A stretch of DNA of 63,714 nt, the filler included, from Nemertoderma westbladi (taxonomy: Eukaryota > Animalia > Xenacoelomorpha), in NCBI GenBank assembly GCA_032718475.1. It is 3 parts of 3 records of this genome, joined end to end, with 100 filler letters (N's around TTAATTAATTAA, not from the genome) between each part and the next. Parts side by side here need not be neighbours in the genome. Positions count along the whole stretch, not along the records: positions 1 to 26,556 come from JAUCBJ010006366.1; 2 more parts are not named here. The stretch is one strand, 5' to 3'. The position numbers were made by a program, and so were the translations under genes. Positions 1 through 9,518 of the stretch are shown here, in pieces. A model generated the notes under the pieces. It saw only the letters and a program-made list of their open reading frames with translations. It ran no database searches and was not told the DNA's origin. The stretch's first letter is position 1; every line of letters begins with the position of its first letter.

Positions 1-245
1 CACGAGTAAATGGTACTTGGTACAGTTTGTAGGCCTACCTACCTACCAGCTTACTGCAGTACTGCAGTACCGGTACTGCATACTGGCATACCAGCACACT
101 GTTGCAGTACATACAGACATAGTACAGTAGGCCTAGTAATGACAAGTACACCTAGTAATTTTGTGAAGAGTTTACAGGTTTACAGTTTCCTAAAAGAAGA
201 ACAAAACTGAGCTAAGAGCTAAACTACCGGTAGGCCTACTGAACT

Positions 246-1154
246 ATGGCCAATCGAACTATCAAAGAAGCACATACAGTGAAAGGTACGAACCCCCAAT
301 ACCTCATAGAAAAAATTATCCGAACTCGAATCTACGAGTGTCGATACTGGAAGGAGAGTTGCTTCGGTCTCACAGCAGAACTCCTTGTCGACAAAGCGAT
401 GGAATTGCGTTACGTAGCTGGAGTTTACGCGGGGAGCGTTAAGCCAGCGCCCTTCCTCTGCCTAGTTCTAAAAATGTTACAAATACAACCGGACCGGGAC
501 ATTGTAGTCGAGTTCATAAAGAACGAGGAGTTTAAATACGTGCGGTGTCTCGGCGCCATGTATATGCGGATCACCGGGTCAACGCTGGACTGCTATAAAT
601 ACCTCGAACCTCTATACAACGACTACCGGAAGATTCGCAGACAGAAAGTCGACGGAACTTTCTGTTTGTCTCATGTCGATGAGTTTATCGATGAGTTATT
701 AACAACCGATCGCGTTTGTAATGTTATTCTCCCTCGTATCGCCAAACGGCACACACTGGAGGAAGGCAACCAATTAGAGCCGAGAGTCAGCCTCCTTGAC
801 GACGACCTTAACGACGATATTGACGAGCCAATGAGCGAAGAGGAGGAGGATAAAGAGCCGACGCCTCCGCCAGCTAAACGACGAGCCTCACCGCATGGCT
901 CGCCCCTGAAGCGACGGTCCCCGGACAGACGGCGGTCCCCCGACAGACGGCGCTCGCCGGACAGACGGCGGTCGCCGGAACGACGGACTGACAGACGGGC
1001 GGACCGACCGACAGACCGACACAGACGGGGTGGGTCCCGAGAGAGGGATCGGAGATACGGTGGTCGACCGCTGGAGGGCCGTCGACGGGAGCAGGTCAGT
1101 GTCCGGGAGGCCAACGAGATACGGGCCAGTCTGGGGCTGCCGCCGCTAAGGTAA
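246..1154 (+). CDS. PRPF38A: Pre-mRNA-splicing factor 38A (intronless, 302 aa)
   Basis: The N-terminus MANRTIKEAHTVKGTNPQYLIEKIIRTRIYECRYWKESCFGLTAELLVDKAMEL...PFLCLVLKMLQIQP is the PRP38 domain. It is followed by an acidic stretch, RRRSPD repeats and the C-terminal EANEIRASLGLPPLR motif typical of PRP38A. Confidence 0.96.
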   Translation: MANRTIKEAHTVKGTNPQYLIEKIIRTRIYECRYWKESCFGLTAELLVDKAMELRYVAGVYAGSVKPAPFLCLVLKMLQIQPDRDIVVEFIKNEEFKYVRCLGAMYMRITGSTLDCYKYLEPLYNDYRKIRRQKVDGTFCLSHVDEFIDELLTTDRVCNVILPRIAKRHTLEEGNQLEPRVSLLDDDLNDDIDEPMSEEEEDKEPTPPPAKRRASPHGSPLKRRSPDRRRSPDRRRSPDRRRSPERRTDRRADRPTDRHRRGGSRERDRRYGGRPLEGRRREQVSVREANEIRASLGLPPLR

Positions 1155-1174
1155 TGCGGTCTGTCAGACAACAC

Positions 1175-1545
1175 GCTGATTGGTCGACTATGTTGGGCCA
1201 CCAGGTCGCTGATTGGTCGCTAACTCGCCTCTATTAGGGCTATCAGGTCGCTGATTGGTCGATAACTCGCCTCTATTGGGGTTACCAGGTCTCTGATTGG
1301 TCTATAACTCGCCTCTATTAGGGCTATCAGGTCGCTGATTGGTCGATAACTCGCCTCTATTAGGGCTACCACGTCGCTGATTGGTCGCTAACTCGCCTCT
1401 ATTAGGGCTACCAGGTCGCTGATTGGTCGATAACTCGCTACTATTAGGGCTAACAGGTCGCTGATTGGTCGCTAACTCGCCTCTATTAGGGCTACCAGGT
1501 CGCTGATTGGTCGCTAACTCGCCTCTATTAGGGCTATCAGCTGGC
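1175..1545. repeat. 42-bp minisatellite (~9 copies) just downstream of the PRPF38A stop
   Basis: Unit GCTGATTGGTCGCTAACTCGCCTCTATTAGGGCTACCAGGTC; the antisense ORF 1302..1565 shows 14-aa periodicity. Confidence 0.9.
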
Positions 1546-2551
1546 TGGTGATTAGTCTTATCCATGTTTTAGGGCTATCAGCACATTGATTGGTCCTTTT
1601 AGTTGAGTATTCGCGCCGTAGTAAACGTGACCAAATTAACCCGATCCAACCCATCACGGGTATTTATTTCTGCAAACCGATCAAACATTTCGGTTTATTT
1701 ACTACTAAAATATCGGAGAATGGAAGACTTTATATTAATTACTCTTATTACCTATCAGGCCTATAATAAATACTGACACAGCGAATTAATTTAATTACTT
1801 GATTGTGATTGAGGTGCAAAATTGAAAGTTAGTTATTACAGTGGGAGGGGGGGGGGTGGTTAGGGATTCAGGGATTTACCCCCCCCCCCCCCCCCCCCCC
1901 CCTTAAACAAGAAAACCTAAACACATTATACGAATTATAGAAAATTGAGCTGCACTATAACAGAACATTATCACCATTGCCAGCAATTTCCCCTTCGCCT
2001 TAGCGACCAAATTCACCTAAATAATATGTATCCCAATAAAATAAAGTTCCTAAACTGTACTTCTAAAGGAGTAAAGGATTGATAGGCCACAGACTTCAAC
2101 TTCGATACGTGGTAGCCGGAGTGAGTAGTGGAGGGAAGATAATGTTGTCTTTGTTTATCTTTTGATGCTTTTACTATGATCTACGTATTACACAACTACT
2201 CTAAACTGGAAATGACAATAATAATATTACTTATATATGTTATATTTTCATTTATCTAATTTACAAATCCCAACTAATAATACGTTGATCTCATTCGCAA
2301 CTAATGAGGGATATATTTTCTCATAAATTGTGACGCCACGTATTAATACTGCATACGTATGTCCAAGCGACTTCCCTTATTAACTACGAAGTCATTTATG
2401 AACAATAAACCCCTCAATTAATACATACCATACATTCTGTAGATAAACACATAAAACGATAAAAAACTATAAAATTTACTGCTGTACTTAAAAATTATAA
2501 TTTCTAACAGTCTAATGTTCGGTTTCGGTTACTATGAAACTGACGACTTAC

Positions 2552-2787
2552 CATTAATCGTAAATCCAGGTATACTGGAGAGTCTAATTGAGGGGCGATC
2601 TCCGAACTGAGGTATGTTCTTATTGTGATCTAACAAGGTAAAGTTATTGGCCAGCGTCCATCGGGGTGTAATGTCCACCCCATCTATTATATCATTGGCG
2701 TACTTCGCCTCCAGACGAACACTGCAGTTCATAACGTCGAAGGGGAAAAAGAACACGTCGATGTTACATTGAAAACTACGTTGTTGA
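2552..2787 (-). CDS. Cys-loop exon of the pLGIC subunit (C-x13-C with FPFD)
   Basis: Acceptor tttatttcag at 2788-2789 and donor gtaagt at 2551; translation QQRSFQCNIDVFFFPFDVMNCSVRLE...LSSIPGFTIN. Confidence 0.85.
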
Positions 2788-3410
2788 CTGAAATAAAATA
2801 AAAGTATTGGCTTCCAAGTATGGAATTAGTTTTAAGGTTTTTGAGCCGGACTATGGCTGGACTTATATATAGATAGACCGATATAAAAATATCCAGTACG
2901 AACACGTTAACATTCTATAAAATATCGTAGGGGTAGGCCTAGGTCGATATTAAACTATTTATTTTGCAGTAAATAAAATAGGCTTTTTTTACCGCTTGCC
3001 CGAATATCATGTAACAAGAAGGTAAATAATGTATTGTATTTACTTTACATATGCAGAATAAGTAATTTTATTGTTAAAATGAAAGCGCACGTTGCTAATA
3101 CGAAGGAAGCATCTGAAGGCCACTTCTTTTTTAATAGAACTGAAGGCAAATCAAAAAATGGTTAATTATAATTATTATTGCCAAGTATTATAATTGATTC
3201 CGACCCAAATAAAAGTACAATATACAAATTTAATTTTACTGAAGTTTGAAGTTTATTTCGACTACAAATCCTATTCAACTACTATAATATAACTACTAAT
3301 TCCCCTACTATAAATAATAGGGTTTATGGTAATTCACTTATACTTTTTTTTCACAATGTGTAGATTTCCCTATCTGGATCCGCCACTGACCATGACAATT
3401 TTCCGAATAT

Positions 3411-3831
3411 ATAATGTAAATAGGACAATATGATAATGCTCTCCCATAGCAAAAAATATCAACCGACCTTATTGGGGCTCGAACCCGGTTCCTAGGTTTC
3501 AAACTTCCGGTTATCATCAGCCGGGTGAGTGTACTGCGCTACCAGATCGGATGAAGATGGGATATCATATTTAGGCCAACTAATCACTCAAAGGAAAGTA
3601 CAATGTTATTCCCGTGCTCTGCCAGAAATGGCAACCATGCCTCAAAGAATAACTATTAATACAGTGTTGTAGAAACCTGGCTCAGGCTGTTAATTAACTA
3701 GGTACCGGGTTCGAGCCCCAATAGGGCCGGTTGATATTTTTCGCTATGGAGAGCATTATCATATTGTCCTATTTACATTATATATTTAATTCACCGTCAC
3801 TCACCCCACAATAATTCATTTATTATTATTC
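3411..3831. mobile_element. SINE-like retroposon insertion with internal inverted duplication
   Basis: 13-bp TSD ATTTTCCGAATAT at 3398-3410 and 3832-3844; (ATT)n tail before the right TSD; ~90-bp inverted repeat (3407-3495 vs 3698-3787) containing the Pol III B box GGTTCGAGCCC. Confidence 0.7.
3483..3526 (-). ncRNA. Degenerate minimal type I hammerhead-ribozyme-like motif
   Basis: Minus strand reads ACCCGG-CTGATGA-TAACCGGAAGTTT-GAAAC-CTAG-GAA-CCGGGT: 6-bp stem I, CUGAUGA and GAAA cores, palindromic stem III. The inverted copy has CTAG-GTA-CCGGGT (GUA site). The stem II closing pair is non-canonical. Confidence 0.45.
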
Positions 3832-4911
3832 ATTTTCCGAATATCACTAAAACGTTTAAAAACTCATTTACAGTTATATGTAGTTCTCTGGTGAAACACT
3901 TTAATAACCACTGCCTCATTTAATTTAGCGAACGCGCAAAATAGTCTCTCCCACCGTAAAACTTTTACATCACGCCAAATTGGAGAAAATTTGAGGAAAT
4001 TTGAAATCGATTTTTCACTTCTTCGTAGGCAGCACTATAAAAATACATAAATACATAAATGATGCTAATTTAGATGCAGTATATAAATTCCCATATTATC
4101 CCATATACATCCCTCTTGCAAACCTCCTGTCATTGCCATCCAATATTCAACGGCCCTTTGCGCTTTTCCCTTTGCTGTCACTTTCAAACACCCAATAAAC
4201 CCACCAGTCAGTAATATCTTCCCTGGCATCTCTCCCAATTACCTCTACGCTCTCAATTACCTCTTATGCTTGGCTTACATACATTATCCCAGGGAAGCTC
4301 TGTTAAAGTATTATATCCAATAAACTCTCAGTCACATAAAGTTTGGTGTATACACTTATTAGACAGATTTAACCTGTCAATTTCAATTATAGCTTTAATG
4401 TGTATTAACAGATCCTTGCTAAGGAAAGACCACTATCCTTAGCAAGTGATACTTAGGGGTCAACTCCTCATTGACTGAACACCGGGTTTATAAGGGGCCA
4501 CATTTCACTAATTAGCAGTCAGTAACACTCGGCATTGTAGATGACAGCCCTTGGCACGCTATCTTGGCTCGGTCTCCGCAGTCGGGCTGGACTGTTCCTA
4601 CACCCAATCCAATCGTCCAATCGGTGCCATCCCCGTTTGGACACAGAAACTAACCTGGCGTTTGCACTATTACCAAGTTTTCCAAGAGCGTGAAGCCGCA
4701 CCAAGTATTTACGACTTTTTTTGACTTAAAGCCTATTTTGATAGAAACAGAGAAAAACTACCTTATTTTGTGTATTATATTTTTGGTTACAATTATTTTG
4801 GATTGTATTTTTGTACTATTTTTCGAGGCCAAATTTTGGATCCTAACGGACCCAAAGCACCCCTCACCCGGTTTCTCTTTTTCCCTCTTCCCAGAGGTTT
4901 TTCTTTGGCGT

Positions 4912-5612
4912 TACGTACCGTTCGAGCCCCAGTTGAAAGTGTACTTTTATACGGGGGTGAGACCTGGACACTGACGAAATCACTATACAAGACTACTAAG
5001 GGCAGCCCTAAACATCAGCGCTGGAGATAACACATGAGAAACGCCGAGCTCTATGGTACAATACCACCTGTAACTCCCACCCTCCGTGAGCGCAGATTAA
5101 GATTCAGTGGGCACTGCTGGTGAAGTAAAGACGAGGTCATACCAGATCAACTTCTCTGGCAACCAACTCATGGAAAGCGTAGTCGTGGACGACCGGCCAT
5201 AACATATATAGACCAGCTTGAAAGGGATACTGAACTTGGGAGATACGAAATTGCGACAACTATGGAGAATTGGGAAGCCTGGAAGGATCTCCTTTCCACT
5301 GCCCGAGTTCGCTCGACCTAGTAGTAGTAGTTGAATCGGGAAGCCTAGAAGGATCTCATTTCCACTGTCCGAGTTCGCTCGACTTAGTAGTGGTAGTTGG
5401 AGAATTTGGATGCCTGGAAGGATCTCCTTTCCACTGTCCGGGCTCGCTCGACCTATTAGTAGTAGTTGGAGAATCGGAAAGCCTGGAAGGATCTCATTTC
5501 CACTGTCTGAGTTCGCTCGACCTAGTAGTAGTAGTTGGAGAATCGGGAAGCCTGGAAGGATCTCATTTCCACTGTCCGAGTTCCCTCGACCTAGTAGTAG
5601 TAGTAGTAGTAG
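4912..5612 (+). mobile_element. 5'-truncated RTE-like non-LTR retrotransposon 3' fragment; terminal 66-69 bp tandemly repeated 5x
   Basis: Frameshifted translation RAPVESVLLYGGETWTLTKSL...RERRLRFSGHCW...LLWQPTHGKRSRGRPAITYIDQL; (TAG)n tail; GAAGGATCTC recurs at ~69-bp spacing over 5265-5612, each copy ending in (TAG)n. Confidence 0.85.
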
Positions 5613-6794
5613 ATTATCCAATTTAGACATTAATAACATCTGGAAAATAGAAATCACTGTGTTTTTGTACTATCTTGAAAGGGTTGTGGAAGTCCGTAAA
5701 GTACAAGCCATTGTAGGACCGTGTTTTACGCGAGCTAGTTCCAAGTCAGTCATCTCGACCCAGAAACCAAAACAGTAAACGAAGTTTGTTAGCATTTGGA
5801 AACATTATGAGATAGTTTTAAAAGCCGTTTAGGAGCTTATCGTGCTGTAGGCACGAGAAATCCTTTACAAAATTGTTGCAATTTGAAAACAATCTAAAAT
5901 TAACATTTGTCAAAAAAGCCATGAACTCATAATTTTCTATCGTGCTACTCGAAGGGGAAAATCCACTATTTTAAATATTTTTTGTTTCACGAAGTTATAC
6001 ATACCGGCAGCTGAAAGATTATCTGCGTATAATTTGGTGTAATGTGTTTGTCACTGCCTCAAATGTTATAGAACGTGTAAAAACGAAACCGTTAAATTTA
6101 GTTGAAAATCACCTGCCCGTTATAACATGATGTATAGCAAAATAAATAATATTATAATAATTACGCACGTTCGCCGTGCGGTAACATCTCCCGATGGTTG
6201 AATGGTCGCGAACATTATATCGGTTTCCCCGAATATTTTATGAGCACCTTTAACAGTTTCCATAACGACGATCCAAACATCATTCAAATCGCTCGTTTGC
6301 GTGAGAACTATCGGTTCTGTGAAATTGGGAAGCTAAACAAGAAAATATAAATAAATAATTTTCACATTGAATCGTCCAAAAATATTATGAAGTTAGAATC
6401 AAGTTTCTTTTTAAAATCGCCGTTATTAGCCAAACATACTAAATACACAATGCGAAACTCCGAAAGAGAATGAGGTCCGGACGCGACCATCAACTCTTGT
6501 TTATTGTTTTGATTATAATAAGGTTCACTGTACTATTAATCTTCCTCAAAATCTACCTAATCAGACACACAGCTTCCATTTGGTTTTTAGATTAATGATT
6601 CATTGCTAAATTGTTTTGTTTATTATTCAATTTCCCTCCTTTGGAAAATATTCATCTATTGCAAATTTCAAACATCTGTATCCAGATGAGGGACTGAACG
6701 ATGGCCGTGCTTAACTTCTTGCGCTGTATCCTCCAACCTAGTAACCCATGCAACCTATTTTATATTTTGATTTGATTGGGGGCTCTCCATTAAA

Positions 6795-8449
6795 TGTATA
6801 TCTTGTCTCCCCAACGTGTATTCACCAACACCAAACTTAGTGTATCTCACGACTTCCCAACCTGTATCTACCAATCTTAGTGTATCTCTTGACTTCCCAA
6901 CATGTATACACCAACCTTAGTGTATTCTTGACTTCCCAACATGTATACACCAACCTTAGTTTATCTCTTGACTTCCCAACATGTATACACCAACCTTAGT
7001 TTATCTCTTGACTTCCCAACATGTATACACCAACCTTAGTTTATCTCTTGACTTCCCAACATGTATCCACCAACCTTAGTGTATCTCACGACTTCCCAAC
7101 CTGTATCCACCAATCTTAGTGTATCTCTTGACTTCCCAACATGTATACACCAACCTTAGTTTATCTCTTGACTTCCCAACATCTATACACCAACCTTAGT
7201 TTATATCTTGACTTCCCAACATGTATACACCAACCTTAGTGTATCTCTTGACTTCCCAACGTGTATACACCAACCTTAGTTTATCTCTTGACTTCCCAAC
7301 ATGTATACACCAACCTTAGTTTATCTCTTGACTTCCCAACATGTATACACCAACCTTAGTTTATCTCTTGACTTCCCAACATGTATACACCAACCTTAGT
7401 TTATCTCTTGACTTCCCAACATGTATACACCAACCTTAGTTTATCTCTTGACTTCCCAACATCTATACACCAACCTTAGTTTATCTCTTGACTTCCCAAC
7501 ATGTATACACCAACCTTAGTGTATCTCTTGACTTCCCAACGTGTATACACCAACCTTAGTTTATCTCTTGACTTCCCAACATGTATACACCAACCTTAGT
7601 TTATCTCTTGACTTCCCAACATGTATACACCAACCTTAGTTTATCTCTTGACTTCCCAACATGTATACACCAACCTTAGTTTATCTCTTGACTTCCCAAC
7701 GTGTATACACCAACCTTAGTTTATCTCTTGACTTCCCAACATGTATACACCAACCTTAGTTTATCTCTTGACTTCCCAACATGTATACACCAACCTTAGT
7801 TTATCTCTTGACTTCCCAACGTGTATACACCAACCTTAGTGTATCTCTTGACTTCCCAACGTGTATCCACCAATCTTAGTGTATCTCTTGTCTTCCACAC
7901 ACGTGTATACACCAACCGTAGTGTATCTCTTGACTTCCCAACGTCTATCCACCAATCTTAGTGTATCTCTTGTCTTCCACACACGTGTATACACCAACCT
8001 TAGTGTATCTCTTGACTTCCCAACGTCTATCCACCAATCGTAGTGTATCTCTTGTCTTCCACACACGTATATACACCAACCTTACACCTTAGAGTATCTC
8101 TCGACTTCCCAACCTGTATACACAAACCTTGGTGTATCTCTAGTCTTCCCAACGTGTATCCACCAACCTTAATGTATCTCTTGTCTTCCACACACGTTTA
8201 TCCACCAACCTCAGTGTATCTCTTGTCTTCCCAACGTGTATCCACAAACCTTGGTGTATCTCTTGACTTCCCAACATGTATCCACAAACCTTGGTGTATC
8301 TCTTGACTTCCCAACGTGTATCCACCAACCTTTGTGTATATCTTGTCTCACCAACGTGTATCAACAAATCTTAGTGTATCTCTTGACTTCCCAACCTGTA
8401 TACACAAACCTTAGTGTATCTCTTGTCTTCCCACCGTGTATCCACCAAC
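6795..8449. repeat. 40-bp tandem array (~41 copies)
   Basis: Unit CCAACATGTATACACCAACCTTAGTTTATCTCTTGACTTC; homogeneous centre with diverged edges. Confidence 0.95.
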
Positions 8450-8718
8450 ATTTTGACGTTATAATCTCCAGTTCTATCAGATTTAACAGGATCCATCTTC
8501 AGTATTGCAATACTTACATCAACTTCAACTACAAAATCATAATCAAGATAAGAAATCATTATTTTTTTGATAACATTTAAAATATTGGAAAGGAGCATTT
8601 TATTTAAACTGTTGTAATTGAGCGAAATACAACTGGGCCTACACGAATAAAACGATTACATAATGTCAACGATTGATATCAATCGCTTACGCTTTTATCA
8701 ATTTGGGAATTTACATAC

Positions 8719-9250
8719 GTTTCCCAACAGTGATAGGAGGTTCTTTCTTCTCATATCCAATCGATGGCAATTCATTTACGAAATCGCTGCTGGTTTTAGC
8801 GGATTCACCCAACGGTTCAGGTGGCGTGGTAGGTGGTTCAGGTGGCGTTGTAGGGGGTTCAGGTGTCGTTGTTGGCGGTTCAGGTGGCGTTGTCGGTGGT
8901 TCAGGTGGCGTTGTTGGCGGTTCAGGTGGGGTCGTCGGTGGTTCAGGTGGCGTTGTTGGCGGTTCAGGTGGCGTTGTTGTTACTGGATACAAGGGAAGTA
9001 AGTAACCGGGTGGTGGTGTGAACGAACCATCAAGAACTGCCGAACACGTGTACGGACAGCATTGCATACATATATAACAAGTAATCAAGGGTTCGTGACA
9101 GGTGGATGGTTCGTAGAAACCTTCGGTTATAACGGCTGAGTTGCACGAGAAACTGCAGACGGTAATACAAACAATGCAATCATGGGCAGAATAAACCAAC
9201 TTATAACCAATGTTAATAAATATAACCATTAAAATTATTGAAGGTTTCAT
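8719..9250 (-). CDS. First exon of the pLGIC subunit: signal peptide, 10-Cys domain, (PEPPTTP)x8 stalk, alpha1 helix
   Basis: ORF 8711..9250 has a hydrophobic N-terminus and a donor AAAC|GTATGT in phase 1, matching the acceptor tttgtag| at 8528. Confidence 0.65.
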
Positions 9251-9518
9251 ATCAACTTTTTATAACAATATTTACTTCTTATTGCCAAATGCGCCTTATC
9301 GCAATATTTAAAATTATATTTGCATCTTATCGTAAAATCAGAGTTATTCACTCTTCACACGACTTATCATGTAAAAAAATATATTTGTTTCCTCTAGATA
9401 ATAGACCTACAACTGACTTGCTCCCTGCTTCTTGCCATCGGAACGAGCGACGGCGCAAAAGCGCCGGAAGTAGCAAGTATCGTCTGGATATCAACACTTT
9501 AGTAGTTCGATTTGGAGT

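Larger units (their letters stand above)
2015..9250 (-). pseudogene. Cys-loop (pentameric ligand-gated ion channel) receptor subunit gene, GlyR/GABA-A-like, apparently decayed
   Basis: Exons occur in the expected order. 9250-8719: signal peptide to DFVNELPSIGYEKKEPP (alpha1 helix). 8528-8410: phase-matched, LEVDVSIAILKMDPVKSDRTGDYNVKMLVDTRWEDKR (beta1/beta2 and WxDxR). ~6737-6640: LSTAIVQSLIWI.., needing two 1-nt indels to give IWIPDVEICN. ~3110-3044: SNVRFHFNNKITYSAYV. 2787-2552: perfect Cys loop CNIDVFFFPFDVMNC. ~2200-2015: CGLSILYSFRSTV*ELYFYWDTYYL with stops. No convincing M1-M4 exons were found. Confidence 0.72.

Noticed and set aside
671-1201. 176-aa antisense ORF
   Set aside because: Shadow of the GC-rich RS region of PRPF38A.
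1839-3388. Possible CAGTGG...CCACTG transposon capturing Cys-loop exons
   Set aside because: Only 6 bp of inverted match and no TSD; more likely independent MITE remnants.
3455-3550. tRNA gene
   Set aside because: A/B-box-like motifs are present but there is no acceptor stem or cloverleaf, and it lies within a TSD-bounded SINE-like insertion.
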